The position numbers were made by a program, and so were the translations under genes. Below are positions 1 to 10,045 of a DNA stretch of 64,000 bases, piece after piece. The notes beneath the pieces were generated by a model, which worked only from the letters and a program-made list of their open reading frames with translations, was not told where the DNA came from and did no database searches. The first letter of the stretch is position 1. Each line of letters opens with the position of its first letter. Source of the DNA: an uncultured Acidobacteriota bacterium. Lineage in GTDB: Bacteria; Acidobacteriota; UBA6911; RPQK01; JAPXNP01. The stretch spans positions 128,001 to 192,000 of the forward strand of contig CAVZRV010000031.1 in the NCBI GenBank assembly GCA_963777605.1, given 5' to 3'.

Positions 1-76
1 TTTCCTCGAGATTCCCCCATTGCTCGAATCGGTGAGCCTGAGGCAGGACAGGCTCCATTCCAGATTCTCCAGCAGT

Positions 77-1324
77 TCAAATCTGGTCCCAATCCAGTTT
101 CGGGTCCATTTCTTCGTTGGAGGCCATCATCTCGTCCCAGGTAACTGGATCGCCCCCCCTGGCAGCCGCCATCCGGCCGAGAATTGCCGTTAATGTGGTT
201 TGGGCCCCCTGCTCCGCTTCATTGAGGTACTTCCCGTCCACGATACTCTGGACGAAAGACTTCGCCTTCTCTCCATTTGCATCCGCGAGGTTGGCTGCGT
301 CATCGGCCCCGAGTTTCCAGGCAGACTTGCCATGGATTTGCATCGGACCGGTGTAGTGCGACTCGGAAACTCCGTCGGTCCCGAATAGTCGCTGGCAAAC
401 ATCGCTCCAGCCACTGTCGAACTGGGTCGAGCTGAAGGTCACATGAACATCGTTCGGATAGAAATAGGTCAGGTTGTAATGATCCCAGCAGTTGCCCTCA
501 TCCTGGCGCACTTTGCGACCGCCACCGCCGGAAGCTTTTAATGGCCGGGATCGCAGCGCCCAGTTGAAGATGTCGAGAACGTGAATCCCCTGGTCAACTA
601 GAATTCCCCCTGTCAATTCGCGGTAGAAGTACCAGCGGCGCAGTTTTCTTTCGGCGGGCGATGCATTGGGCCATTCCGGTAGCTTGAGCCCGCTCGTGTA
701 GTAATACCCTTGTCCGCAGACAATCGTTCCCAAGGCTCCTCGGTGAATCTGGTCGACCAACTTGACGAATGGGGTGGCTTTTCGGATCTGAAAGCCCACG
801 GCCAGGCTCTGTCTGTCGCCCAAGCTACTGCCAATCGCGAGGTAACGCTTCGCTCCCGCCACGTCAACGCCAGTCGGTTTCTCCGAGTAAACATGCTTCC
901 CCGCGGCAATCGTGGCCTCGAGGTGCATCGGGTGCAGGAAATCGGGGCTAGCGATGATGATGGCATCGAGTTCCGTTGAGACCGCCATCTGTTGATAAGC
1001 ATCCCTCCCCTTGAAGAGCAGCTTGCCGTCGATCTTTGAATGCCCACGCGAAGACCCCAGTTCGTCGAAGTGACTCTTGGCCTCCGACAATCGATCTTCG
1101 AACATGTCTCCGAGCGCCACGATTCTCCCGTCCGGATGTTGCAGCATTGATTCTGCGTCAGTGGTTCCTCGGTGACCGCAGCCAAGCAACCCGATCCGAA
1201 TGGCCGAGTTCGCAGCTGATCCTCTCACTTGCCCCGACTTCACGATCGACGCACTTGTAACGGTTGCACTCCCAATCTGGAGAAACCTCCGACGGGTGAG
1301 GTCACCCCCTGTCAATGAACACAT
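77..1324 (-). CDS. Gfo/Idh/MocA family oxidoreductase with Tat signal peptide
   Basis: TRRRFLQ Tat motif, IGLLGCGHRG Rossmann motif, HVYSEKP, GGILVDQGIH; ATG at 1324 has a GGGAGG RBS. Confidence 0.9.
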   Translation of the reverse strand: MCSLTGGDLTRRRFLQIGSATVTSASIVKSGQVRGSAANSAIRIGLLGCGHRGTTDAESMLQHPDGRIVALGDMFEDRLSEAKSHFDELGSSRGHSKIDGKLLFKGRDAYQQMAVSTELDAIIIASPDFLHPMHLEATIAAGKHVYSEKPTGVDVAGAKRYLAIGSSLGDRQSLAVGFQIRKATPFVKLVDQIHRGALGTIVCGQGYYYTSGLKLPEWPNASPAERKLRRWYFYRELTGGILVDQGIHVLDIFNWALRSRPLKASGGGGRKVRQDEGNCWDHYNLTYFYPNDVHVTFSSTQFDSGWSDVCQRLFGTDGVSESHYTGPMQIHGKSAWKLGADDAANLADANGEKAKSFVQSIVDGKYLNEAEQGAQTTLTAILGRMAAARGGDPVTWDEMMASNEEMDPKLDWDQI

Positions 1325-1514
1325 AGAAAGCCTCCCATTCAGTCTGATTCGAATCAGGACATGGACCAGTTCTCTCACTCCAGTGACACGTCCGCCGCTT
1401 AAATCTAGTCAGGAATTCTGAATTCACCGTACGACCACCGAAGCCCATCTGTCAAATTGAAAGGAAGCATGCAATCCATCTAAATTTGAGATTTCATTCA
1501 TGATCGGCACAGGC

Positions 1515-1577
1515 GGCACTGTAAAGTTGACTCGGCGAGGACGAGAGAAGGCCCAGAGCAGGCACTGTTAACTTAAG
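1515..1577 (+). mobile_element. Two orphan IS6-family terminal inverted repeats
   Basis: GGCACTGTAAAGTTGA (1515) and GGCACTGTTAACTTAAG (1561) resemble the left and right ends of the IS6 copies at 9034, 14283 and 55481. Confidence 0.6.
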
Positions 1578-1599
1578 GGGGGGAAAGGCAACCGCTTCG

Positions 1600-2028
1600 A
1601 ATCGCGCGGCCGACCGGGCCGCGGTCGCCGACCGTCTTCATTCTCTGGCGATCCATCTCCTGCGCCGGATCCGGAGGCACGACGACGCGACGGCCGTTCC
1701 GGCGCCGTCGCTCTCGGCGCTATCGGTCGTCGTTTTCGGCGGACCGATGACGCTCGGCGATCTCGCCCGCGCGGAGCAGGTCCGGCCGCCGTCGATGACG
1801 CGCGTGGTGCAGGACCTTGAGGCGCGCGGGCTCGTGGCGCGCGACCCGGACCGCGAGGACAAGCGCGTCACCCGAATCCGCGCGACGGCGAAGGGGCGGA
1901 GGCTGATGACCACCGGGCGCAGTCGGAGGATTCACGCAATCGTCGAGATGCTGGATGGAGCGGGGCACGACGACCTTCGCGCGATCGAACACGCGATCGA
2001 CCTGCTCGAACCGATCGTGAAGAGGTAG
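1600..2028 (+). pseudogene. MarR family transcriptional regulator, 5'-truncated
   Basis: Frame reads VADRLHSLAIHLLRRIR...LSALSVVVFGGPMTLGDLARAEQVRPPSMTRVVQDLEARGLVARDPDREDKR; no start codon between it and the IS6 ends. Confidence 0.75.
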
Positions 2029-2105
2029 CTATGGCCCGGGACCGTATCAAAATATGTACCATGAGAATACTTTCAACTTCGGGGCGGGCTGACGGGGTTC
2101 CCGAC

Positions 2106-2660
2106 GAGGACTGTTTTCCCGACCCTGAAGATTGGACTGCTTTTCCCCGTTCAGGACCTCGATCCGGCCGATCTGGACCCCCGATTCCGGGTTAGATCGG
2201 CTTCCCCTTCGGACTGGCCAACCGTATCAGATTCATAGCCGTCACCAGGTCGCCGACCTCCAGCGTCTCCTTCGCCCATCCCCACAGCCGGAACCGCGTA
2301 AAACCAAGATTCCGTTTCAACATTCCAAATCGGGTCTCCACCTCCCAGCCGCGTCGTTTCCTCAACGCCACTCCTTCCTCCGACGTCAGCCGTTTCCGAA
2401 CCTTTGCCTGATGCGCCCCGAGTGACCCCCGTCATGCGGACTCTGACTCAGCGAATACCCCACAATGAACCCGTTCTCCGTCCCGATCTGCAGGTTGTAG
2501 ACCGCCCGTAACTCCCCACTTTTCATGCGCATGAACGTCGCCCAGGATCCGTCTTCGAGTACGAGTTCCGTTCTCCTAACTCCGCCTCCTGCTCAAGCTT
2601 GCGCACCTGCCGACGTCGCTCCTGCCTCCCCTGTGGCTTCTGCTCAAGCAGAAGCATGAG
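2106..2660 (-). pseudogene. IS1182-family transposase remnant (internally deleted)
   Basis: Manual minus-strand translation: ATFMRMK..ELRAVYNLQIGTENGFIVGYSLSQSPHD and RKRRGWEVETRFGMLKRNLGFTRFRLWG..MNLIRL; GAGGACTGT end at 2106. Confidence 0.75.
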
Positions 2661-2799
2661 ACCAGTTATCCGAGAGCTGCCCTAATAAAGGCATTTCTAA
2701 ACCGGAGTGGACCTTTCAAACACGAAAACCAGAAGGAGATGGCCATGAGTCTAGACAATATGATCGGGCGAATGTGGCACCGCGCCAAACTCTTGTCGG

Positions 2800-3690
2800 T
2801 CAACGTTCGCGCTCAGCTGACGTGCGGCGGTCGCGGGAGTGGACTCGTTGTCGGAAGGCGGCTACAGCTTTCTTGACGGTGTGTCTTGCGTAGTAGCGGG
2901 GGTTGGTCTTGTCAGAACGAAACTCGGCCATGGCGGTGATGATCTTTTCCTCGGGGACTCCTCGGGCCAGGGCGCGCATGGCGTAGGCCCAATCTCTTTC
3001 TGATTGAGAGCGGTGGCCGTCGGGGGCTTGGCGTTCTCCGGAGATCGGGGAGAGCTGCTCGGGGGTGAAGCGAGGGAATTGGTCGGGGCGGTAGATTTCG
3101 TCGGAGAGTTTCTCGGCCGTGACCCGGTGGGGCGGGTCGTACTTGTGGTTGAGGAAGCCGGGGATTCGGAGGACCCGGGACGAGTCGGTTGCGGCGGGGT
3201 CGGCTCCGGTTTCCCGAACGAGAGCGCGCTGGATGCCTTCGGCCTGGTCTGGTTCGAAGCCGTCCGTCTTCCAGATGATCTGGTACTTTCCGACTGAGCT
3301 CTGGACGACATAGTTGGGGGTCGGGATGTCGGGTCGTTCCAGCAGGCGATTCAGCGCTTCGGGGCCGCCGTTGTCCAAGTCCAGATAGATGTGGCGGATG
3401 GTGCCGATGTCCTCCTTGGTGCGGCCGGTTGCCTGGGGCCGGAGGGCATTCATGGAGAGATAGACTTCGTAGCGGCGGGAGTTCATGAAGCGGAGCCACC
3501 GCTGGAAGTCATCGGCGGCGATCCGCTCGGTCGAAGCAATCCGCTGAACGACCCCGCCATGTCTTCGGTTGACGAGGACGAGCGCGACTCGGTCTTTGGG
3601 TTCGAAGTTGTCGCGGATGTAGGCGGCAGCCGTTTTCGAGTCGTTCTCTTGGTCTTTCAAAGTGTCGGTTTGTGAGGTCCGGTCACTCAT
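2800..3690 (-). CDS. RepB'-type DNA primase domain protein (AEP superfamily)
   Basis: YLSMNAL, IRHIYLDLD, VVQSSVGKYQIIW, DPAATDSSRVLRIPGF motifs; C-terminal SQSERDW helical domain; ATG 3690 overlaps the upstream ATPase stop. Confidence 0.85.
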   Translation of the reverse strand: MSDRTSQTDTLKDQENDSKTAAAYIRDNFEPKDRVALVLVNRRHGGVVQRIASTERIAADDFQRWLRFMNSRRYEVYLSMNALRPQATGRTKEDIGTIRHIYLDLDNGGPEALNRLLERPDIPTPNYVVQSSVGKYQIIWKTDGFEPDQAEGIQRALVRETGADPAATDSSRVLRIPGFLNHKYDPPHRVTAEKLSDEIYRPDQFPRFTPEQLSPISGERQAPDGHRSQSERDWAYAMRALARGVPEEKIITAMAEFRSDKTNPRYYARHTVKKAVAAFRQRVHSRDRRTSAERER

Positions 3691-4654
3691 GGTCTGCTCC
3701 ATTTCGGCGGTACAGGACTTGGAGTTCATACCGGTCCCGTCCCGGATCGTAGTGTTGGATTTCGAGGACCTCCGCAACCTGGCGCCTACCCTTTCGTCGT
3801 TCGATGTGCAGGAGGAGATGGATCGAGTCGGCGATGCTGCTTCGGACGGCCGTGTAGGGCAGCTCGACTCCACTTTGAAGCACACAGCTTGTAAAGCGGG
3901 CGACGGCCTGTTCGGCTGAGTTGGCGTGGATCGTCGAGAGCGTTCCGGAGTGGCCAGTGTTGAGCGCCTGGAGAAGATCAAAGGCTTCCCCGCCCCGCAC
4001 TTCGCCCAGGATGATCCGATCGGGCCGGTGGCGAAGGGCCGCCCGCAGGAGATCCCGAATCGTGACCGCCGGCAGTCCCGGATGATCGCGGCGGGCCTCG
4101 AGGCGGACCAGGTTGGCCTTATCGATCTGGATCTCTGCCGTATCTTCGATCAGGATCAATCGAGACGATGCGGGGACAAAGGCGGTCAGTGCGTTGAGCA
4201 GCGTCGTCTTACCGCTCGCCGTACCGCCACTGATCAGAATGTTCTTCTCCGATTCGATGGCCTGTTGCAGTGTTTGGAGAAGATCGGTGGTCAGTGTGCC
4301 GATGCGGATCAGCTCTTCGGCGGTAAAGCGCTTGTTGTGGAACTTCCGGATGGTCAAGGTGGTCCCACCGATCGAACAGGGAGGAAAGACCGCGGCGACT
4401 CGCGAACCGTCTGGAAGCCGCGAATCGAGGATCGGCTTTTCTTCGGAGATCTCGTCGTCAAGGGCCCGGGCGATGTTTCGGGCGGCAATCTGCAGGCTCT
4501 TCTCCGAGATCTCGACACCACGGACCGGCTCCACCAGGCCGTGTCGTTCGATGAAAACGCGGGAAGGGGCGTTGATCATGATCTCGCTGACTTCCGGGTC
4601 CCGGATCAGGTTTTCGATCGGTCGAAGAAAGGGCAGGATCACATCAAAGCTCAT
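3683..4654 (-). CDS. VirB11/CpaF family secretion ATPase
   Basis: Walker A GGTASGKTT, LIEDTAE, ALRHRPDRIILGEVRG, GHSGTLSTIHANS. Confidence 0.92.
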   Translation of the reverse strand: MSFDVILPFLRPIENLIRDPEVSEIMINAPSRVFIERHGLVEPVRGVEISEKSLQIAARNIARALDDEISEEKPILDSRLPDGSRVAAVFPPCSIGGTTLTIRKFHNKRFTAEELIRIGTLTTDLLQTLQQAIESEKNILISGGTASGKTTLLNALTAFVPASSRLILIEDTAEIQIDKANLVRLEARRDHPGLPAVTIRDLLRAALRHRPDRIILGEVRGGEAFDLLQALNTGHSGTLSTIHANSAEQAVARFTSCVLQSGVELPYTAVRSSIADSIHLLLHIERRKGRRQVAEVLEIQHYDPGRDRYELQVLYRRNGADHE

Positions 4655-6651
4655 CCGATTTCTCCCCGGTCGAGCTGTTCGAAGTAGCTCGAGTTTCGGT
4701 CCCGAAAGTAGGGCTTCAGGTAGCAGTAAGACGGCGGATGGGGATTGAATCCGTCGTAGGCCAGGACAATCGACTGGGCGTTTCGAAGCTCGGCGAAGAT
4801 CTTCGCTTCGAAGACGGCGTCCCGGACGACGCTGTAACTTTTGCTGGCGCTGACACTCGACTTGTGGGCCGTCGTGCGGCCGGTGAGCACACTGACCCGG
4901 GCATCCTGGCCGTGCTCGGAGAGGTTGTAGTGAAGCCGCAGCTGTTCTTCCTTCCCGCAGAGCTCGCTGGCCACCCGGGTACTGAAGTCGTCGGAAAGGG
5001 CGAGGAAGATCTTGGTGCGGAAGGTCTGAAGCAGCGTCCGCCAGGATTCCCCGGGCAGGGTGGATCGAAGCGAACTGATGCTCTGCGTGGCGACAATCGG
5101 AATGCAGCGGGCCTGCCGGGAAAGACTGAAGAACTTCTCGTCACCGGTCGGATCGCTCTCACCGACGGTGGCGAAGGAATGGTACTCGTCGCAGAGGAAC
5201 AACACTTCCCGCCAGTGCCGCACGTCCTGGGATTCGATCCTGGGGATCCGGTCGAGCATGGCCCGCTGGAAGTCCTGTTTCAAAAATGTGCCGATTGCTC
5301 GGGCCAGGCCCGGATTGGCTGAGACGGGGAAGTTCAGGGCACAGACTTTCCCCTGTTCGATCAGATCGGAGAAGGGCGGCAGCGGCTTGCCGTATCGGCC
5401 GTCTCGGTTCTCTTCCGGGTCGTAGCATTCCTTTGGGGGACAAAACGTTCTCTTTACGGCCGGGTTGTCGTCGAAAAGCGAGAGGAAGACGGAGATTCCC
5501 TCGACGATGGAGGTTCGGAGCTTCGGCTCGATCCGCATCCAGTCGTGAAAGAACCATCGCTCGACGGCGGCGAACTGAGCCTGTTTGTCCTCCCTGTCCT
5601 CTTGGGACGCCCCTGCGGTCTCGGTCTGGATTTCATACTGGATGCCGCGGCGCTCGAGTTGATCGACAAGGTCTTCGGTCAAAGGCGCCTTGAGCCGGTT
5701 CGTCTCCGGATCCATCTCGAAGGGGAGATCTTCGAGATGCTCGTGATCGAGAAAGGCGTCCGGGTGGATCATCAGGGTGGTGGTCTCGCGAAAGCGGTGT
5801 CGGCCCTCTTCGATGCGCTTTTCGAGAAGATCGGGATTAATGGCGCATTCGTAGACGTCGAAGAGCGTGACGTAGTCGTAGACGACCTTGTGGAGCAGGA
5901 TGATGAACTTGACGAGGTTCGTGTAAGCCTGTTGCCAGAAGGGCTCCTTCCCTTTCCCGAAGAGGTTGTTCAACAACGACGCGATCCCGTAAGCCAGGGC
6001 GTAGGCTTCGAGATCGTTGTGAAGCGGGTTGTAGCGATACTCGGAAGTGAGGCTCATTTCGACGTAGTCGTCGGCCCGGCCGTATCGAGTCAGGATCTCG
6101 TTCACCTTGTGGCAGAAGTCCCCTTTGACTTCGAGGACCAGGCCGCTCGGCCGCCGTTCGGGATCGCTTGCCCGGTAAGCCAGGATCTGCTCGGCAAAGG
6201 GAACCATGCAGCAGCTTGTCTTACCCGTCCCGGTCGCCCCGAAGATGGCCAGTCCGGTAAAGAGTCCCCGCCGGGGGATCATCAGCCAACGGGGACGCTC
6301 GGCCGGTACAGGCTTTTTGGGATGGTGGACTTCACCGAGGACGAGGTAGAGCTCGTTGCGTTCTGTGGGTTCGACATAGTGGGGCAGGCGTCCTTGGAGG
6401 GTGTCGCTGTTTCTTCGGACGAGGAAGATATAGGCCAGTGAAAGCGTGGCCGAGGTCACGATGAAGGGCGAAGTGAAGGAGAGCGCGACATAGATCAGTT
6501 TGAAGGCCAGAAAGAGTCGCGGGCGTTCCGCGCCGATGAGTTCAAGGACCGGGTTGTCCTTGGGAAAGGGGAGCCAGTACTGGACCAGGACCGTCGTTGC
6601 AGCGGCAACGAGGAAGCTCACGAATGGTTTGTTCTCGTAGAGTCGCTTCAT
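4651..6651 (-). CDS. VirD4/TraD-like type IV coupling protein
   Basis: Two N-terminal hydrophobic segments, Walker A GATGTGKT, Walker B-like FLCDEYH, IVATQSISSL. Confidence 0.85.
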   Translation of the reverse strand: MKRLYENKPFVSFLVAAATTVLVQYWLPFPKDNPVLELIGAERPRLFLAFKLIYVALSFTSPFIVTSATLSLAYIFLVRRNSDTLQGRLPHYVEPTERNELYLVLGEVHHPKKPVPAERPRWLMIPRRGLFTGLAIFGATGTGKTSCCMVPFAEQILAYRASDPERRPSGLVLEVKGDFCHKVNEILTRYGRADDYVEMSLTSEYRYNPLHNDLEAYALAYGIASLLNNLFGKGKEPFWQQAYTNLVKFIILLHKVVYDYVTLFDVYECAINPDLLEKRIEEGRHRFRETTTLMIHPDAFLDHEHLEDLPFEMDPETNRLKAPLTEDLVDQLERRGIQYEIQTETAGASQEDREDKQAQFAAVERWFFHDWMRIEPKLRTSIVEGISVFLSLFDDNPAVKRTFCPPKECYDPEENRDGRYGKPLPPFSDLIEQGKVCALNFPVSANPGLARAIGTFLKQDFQRAMLDRIPRIESQDVRHWREVLFLCDEYHSFATVGESDPTGDEKFFSLSRQARCIPIVATQSISSLRSTLPGESWRTLLQTFRTKIFLALSDDFSTRVASELCGKEEQLRLHYNLSEHGQDARVSVLTGRTTAHKSSVSASKSYSVVRDAVFEAKIFAELRNAQSIVLAYDGFNPHPPSYCYLKPYFRDRNSSYFEQLDRGEIG

Positions 6652-6734
6652 CGTTCGGGCTGGATCTGGTTTGTTGGATGGCTGGTCTTTCCCCAGAGAC
6701 TTCGAGAAGTGCGCTGAGAGGATTCGACCTTGGA

Positions 6735-6870
6735 GGCAAGCAGGGATGCTTGCCCTACGCTGTAGCGAGTCTTGGGGTGGGCGGGAGCGACCCTGGCCGA
6801 ACCTTCGGGGGAGGAGTTAAGGTCTGGGCGCCTCAGGCGCCCAATGACCGGGGTCGCTCCCGCCCACCCC
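6735..6870. promoter_or_regulatory. Hairpin-rich non-coding segment, candidate oriT/ssi origin
   Basis: 20-bp perfect inverted repeat 6774-6793/6851-6870, inner 8-bp hairpin 6825-6843, 8-bp hairpin 6735-6754; function inferred only. Confidence 0.5.
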
Positions 6871-7029
6871 ACGACCCCGCGAAGCGCCCAAACGGACGCG
6901 ACGCGGTTTCGGAAGGTATTGATATCTCTTGGACTTGGCCTTATCGAGCGGGTGACAACTGCGGTGACATCTACGGGGACACCTTGATTCAGACAAGTCG
7001 TCACCCGTCCTGCCTCTGCAGGAAGTGAT

Positions 7030-8050
7030 TTAACGCCTGGTAAAGGTGTCGAGAAAGTCATAATTGTGCTCCAGGAGAAAGGTCCGAAAGTCCACAGAAA
7101 TCGGAAGCCGGAAGGCTCCGTGATTCCGGATTCTCTCGGAGACCGCTTGATCGCCAGCCGCCTTCCAGAGTCTGAACAGGGACTCCGTGTCGGGGCCGTT
7201 AAAGAGTCGGCGAGCTCTCTTCAGACGGATCAATCGGTCCCGGCTCAGGGACTGAAACTGTCTGGTTTCGTAAAGGTGCTCCAGGCGGAAGTACTCGAGG
7301 AGTCCGGCAGCGTAGGTCTCGTTTGCGGCCTCGGAGTTGAGCAATGCGACGAGGGATTTCACTCTGCGCCTTGCCGCCTGGAAATGTCGTTTAGTGTCTG
7401 CAATGAAGAAGAGCCGAAGCGTGCCCAACTGACTGAACAGTCGGCTGTACTGGTTGAGAAACGTGTCGAAGCCCGCCGGCGTTCGAGGCCCCGGGTCGAC
7501 GTAACAGAAGGAGACGACAGGCGAAGAGTCTGCGTCGGCAGACGAGACAAAGAGGGGAAACTTCTCGATGAAGTAGCGGATGGTTTCGTCATCCGAGTGC
7601 TTCGATGAGTAGACTTTCCTCGGTAGAAGATCCGGCGAGATCTTCCCGTGATTGGCGAAGTAATCGACCTTCTCGCATTCGGTGGCCAGGTAGGTTCGCT
7701 CCGGATGGGCCAAGACGAAATCGAGTGCCATCAGTTTGGTCTTGACGGCCGAGGGAGATCGCTGGCGGCGATTGCGGTTGTTCGGATCGCCGAGCGCCTC
7801 GAAGAGCGGACGGGACGAGAGGTGAAAGACGCCGGTGTTGTTCGGAAAGACCGTGACGCGGCAGTGGCGGTTGGCCGCCATCCTCTCGACGAGTTGGACC
7901 ACAGCCTTCCCTTGCCGGCAACCGACGAACCGTCTGTACTGGCGCCGCACGAAGTAACCGCCATGAAGGGCTGCGAGTGTGAGAAAGGCGGCCTCCCGCT
8001 CGTTGTACCCGAATTGCTGTAATGCTTCGATCGCGCTGCTGATGGGTCAT
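7030..8050 (-). CDS. Conserved hypothetical protein of conjugative module (frameshift near 8030)
   Basis: ATG at 8050 coupled to the upstream stop; after a one-base shift reads IEALQQFGYNEREAAFLTLAALHGGYFVRRQY into ORF 7030..7950. Confidence 0.65.
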
Positions 8051-8967
8051 CACCTGAGGATCTCCGCAGTGAGTTCTCGTTCGTCTTTGACGGTGGAACC
8101 GGACGAACGGGAGGTGCCGGCAAAGTAGATCTTGAAGCCGGCCAGCCGCTTTTGAGCGAGTTGACCGGGACGGTAGTGCTCGGTTGCCAGTTCCAGATCC
8201 CGATGGTCCAGTTCACCGTCCCGCCTCTCATATTCAATCCGTAGATCGGGGAAGGCGACCCGGCCTCGAACGATCGGCAGATCATGACGGCTGGAGACCT
8301 CCTTCTGCTTTTCTCGGAGTGCCGCGTCGTCTCCCCGGTGTCGCAGTTTCGAAAGCGGCCGAAAGACCTTCGCTTTGAGCTCGTAGTCCAGAACGAGGCG
8401 GCGGATCTTTCCTCCCTCGAGTCGGATCTTTTCGGCCTCGAGTTGATACATGCGGTAGATGGCGGCGTCATGGCGTGCTTCAGCCGGTTTGACGAAGCCG
8501 GAGTAAAGCTTCTGGTTTCCCAAGCGGGATCCCGGGTCTCGGGGTGACGGTTCAGGAAGCGTGCGCCTTGACGGGTCAGGACGACGACGTGGGTAGCGAT
8601 TTCCGGTCGGCAAGACGAGGCGAATCCGGCGGGCAAGGCGCTGACGGATGAGGTTTCGAAGATCCTGTTCGGCCTGGGATCGGTCCCCCTCGTAGCGGAA
8701 ATCGACCAGGTCCCGAACATCGATCATTCGGAACCGGCCGATTTCCGTCATTGTCTCGAGTTCGGATTCCCGCAGCTCGAAACTTCGATTCCTTGACCAA
8801 CGGCGCTCGCGGGCGTTCGACCGCGGATCGTCTCGAACCGGCCGTTCAGTTGGGGGCGTGCGCGGAAGGTCTTTACTGTCGGCAGCGCCGCCCGCACGAG
8901 ACGGGGACCGGCGGTTGGGCTCTTCGCGAAGATCCGGGTGAGGCTCGCGTTCCAGACGTCCCCTCAT
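8050..8967 (-). CDS. Replication-relaxation (Replic_Relax)-like protein, wHTH plus PD-(D/E)XK-like domain
   Basis: HDAAIYRMY, FPDLRIEYE..DLELATEHY motifs; GGAGGA RBS before ATG 8967; probable compensating frameshifts near 8530-8600. Confidence 0.55.
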   Translation of the reverse strand: MRGRLEREPHPDLREEPNRRSPSRAGGAADSKDLPRTPPTERPVRDDPRSNARERRWSRNRSFELRESELETMTEIGRFRMIDVRDLVDFRYEGDRSQAEQDLRNLIRQRLARRIRLVLPTGNRYPRRRPDPSRRTLPEPSPRDPGSRLGNQKLYSGFVKPAEARHDAAIYRMYQLEAEKIRLEGGKIRRLVLDYELKAKVFRPLSKLRHRGDDAALREKQKEVSSRHDLPIVRGRVAFPDLRIEYERRDGELDHRDLELATEHYRPGQLAQKRLAGFKIYFAGTSRSSGSTVKDERELTAEILR

Positions 8968-9033
8968 CGTTCCTCCCGTAGACGCTCGCTGAGTTCCTCG
9001 GAGATGCTCTGCCCAGATCTCAACTGTTTCTCC

Positions 9034-9829
9034 GGCTTTGTCAAGTTGAGCCGTGGTCAGCGTGATTAGCGACAATTGCTCCATGAAACCCAACTACAGG
9101 GGCCACCGCTTCCCTCCGGAAATCATCAGTCACGCTGTGTGGCTATACCATCGGTTCACGTTGAGTCTACGTGATGTGGAGGACCTGCTCGCCGAACGTG
9201 GAATCGCCGTCTCATACGAGGCGATTCGATACTGGTGTGCAAAGTTTGGGCCGACTTATGCTTGTTCCCTGCGACGGAAACAGGGGCGGCTCGGGGACAT
9301 CTGGCACGTCGATGAACTGTTCATTACGATCAGGGGCGAACGCCACTACCTGTGGCGGGCGGTCGATCAGGACGCCGATGTCATCGATATTCTGGTCACG
9401 AAGCGCAGAGACCGTCGGGCCGCTCAACGCTTCTTTCGAAAGGCACTCAAGCACCAAGGCCGGGTGCCTTGGCAGCTCGTGACTGACAAACTTCGGAGCT
9501 ATTCAGCCGCCCATCGTGAGGTCTTTCCGTCCGTAGTGCACCAAACGGGTCAATACCAGAACAATCGGGCCGAAGTCTCCCACCAGCCAACTCGTCAACA
9601 AGAACGCAAACTGCGTGGCTTCAAGTCTGTCGCTCAAACGCAACGCTTTCTTTCGGTGCACGGCGCCGTTCAGAACTGGTTCAGAGTAGGGCGTCATCTG
9701 CTCAAATCCAGGCACCACCGACTGCTTCGAGAGCAGGCCTTTACGTGCTGGAATGAGGCAACGTGCGTTTATTAGAAGGAAAGGTGAAAAGCCTGATCTG
9801 CGCCGCTATCGCCTTAAGTTGACAATGCC
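9034..9829 (+). mobile_element. IS6-family insertion sequence, apparently intact
   Basis: Left end GGCTTTGTCAAGTTGA, right end TTAAGTTGACAATGCC, 796 bp, full transposase; no flanking direct repeat seen. Confidence 0.92.
9083..9775 (+). CDS. IS6 family DDE transposase
   Basis: HRFPPEIISHAVWLY, WHVDE, YLWRAVD, LVTDK, NNRAEVSHQPTR. Confidence 0.95.
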   Translation: MKPNYRGHRFPPEIISHAVWLYHRFTLSLRDVEDLLAERGIAVSYEAIRYWCAKFGPTYACSLRRKQGRLGDIWHVDELFITIRGERHYLWRAVDQDADVIDILVTKRRDRRAAQRFFRKALKHQGRVPWQLVTDKLRSYSAAHREVFPSVVHQTGQYQNNRAEVSHQPTRQQERKLRGFKSVAQTQRFLSVHGAVQNWFRVGRHLLKSRHHRLLREQAFTCWNEATCVY

Positions 9830-10045
9830 CGCCGGAGAGCTCCAAGTTGGTTCCTTTCCAGTCGGTGCCAATCAGTGACTTCTGCCAATCCAAAATCGAT
9901 GAACCGTTACCGAGGCCTTGCTCAAGGCCGCTGCGGAGGCCCCTATTCTGCCTGGTGGCGTTTCTGGGGTATGGTAAGGCTGGATCTCAAGGAACGGACG
10001 TGCGGGAAAGCTGGGAAGTTGGGCGAGGGAAAGGAGAGTAAGAAT

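Noticed and set aside
6648-7061. 137-aa ORF upstream of VirD4
   Set aside because: Low-complexity translation over strong hairpins; non-coding role seems more likely, though a small gene is not excluded
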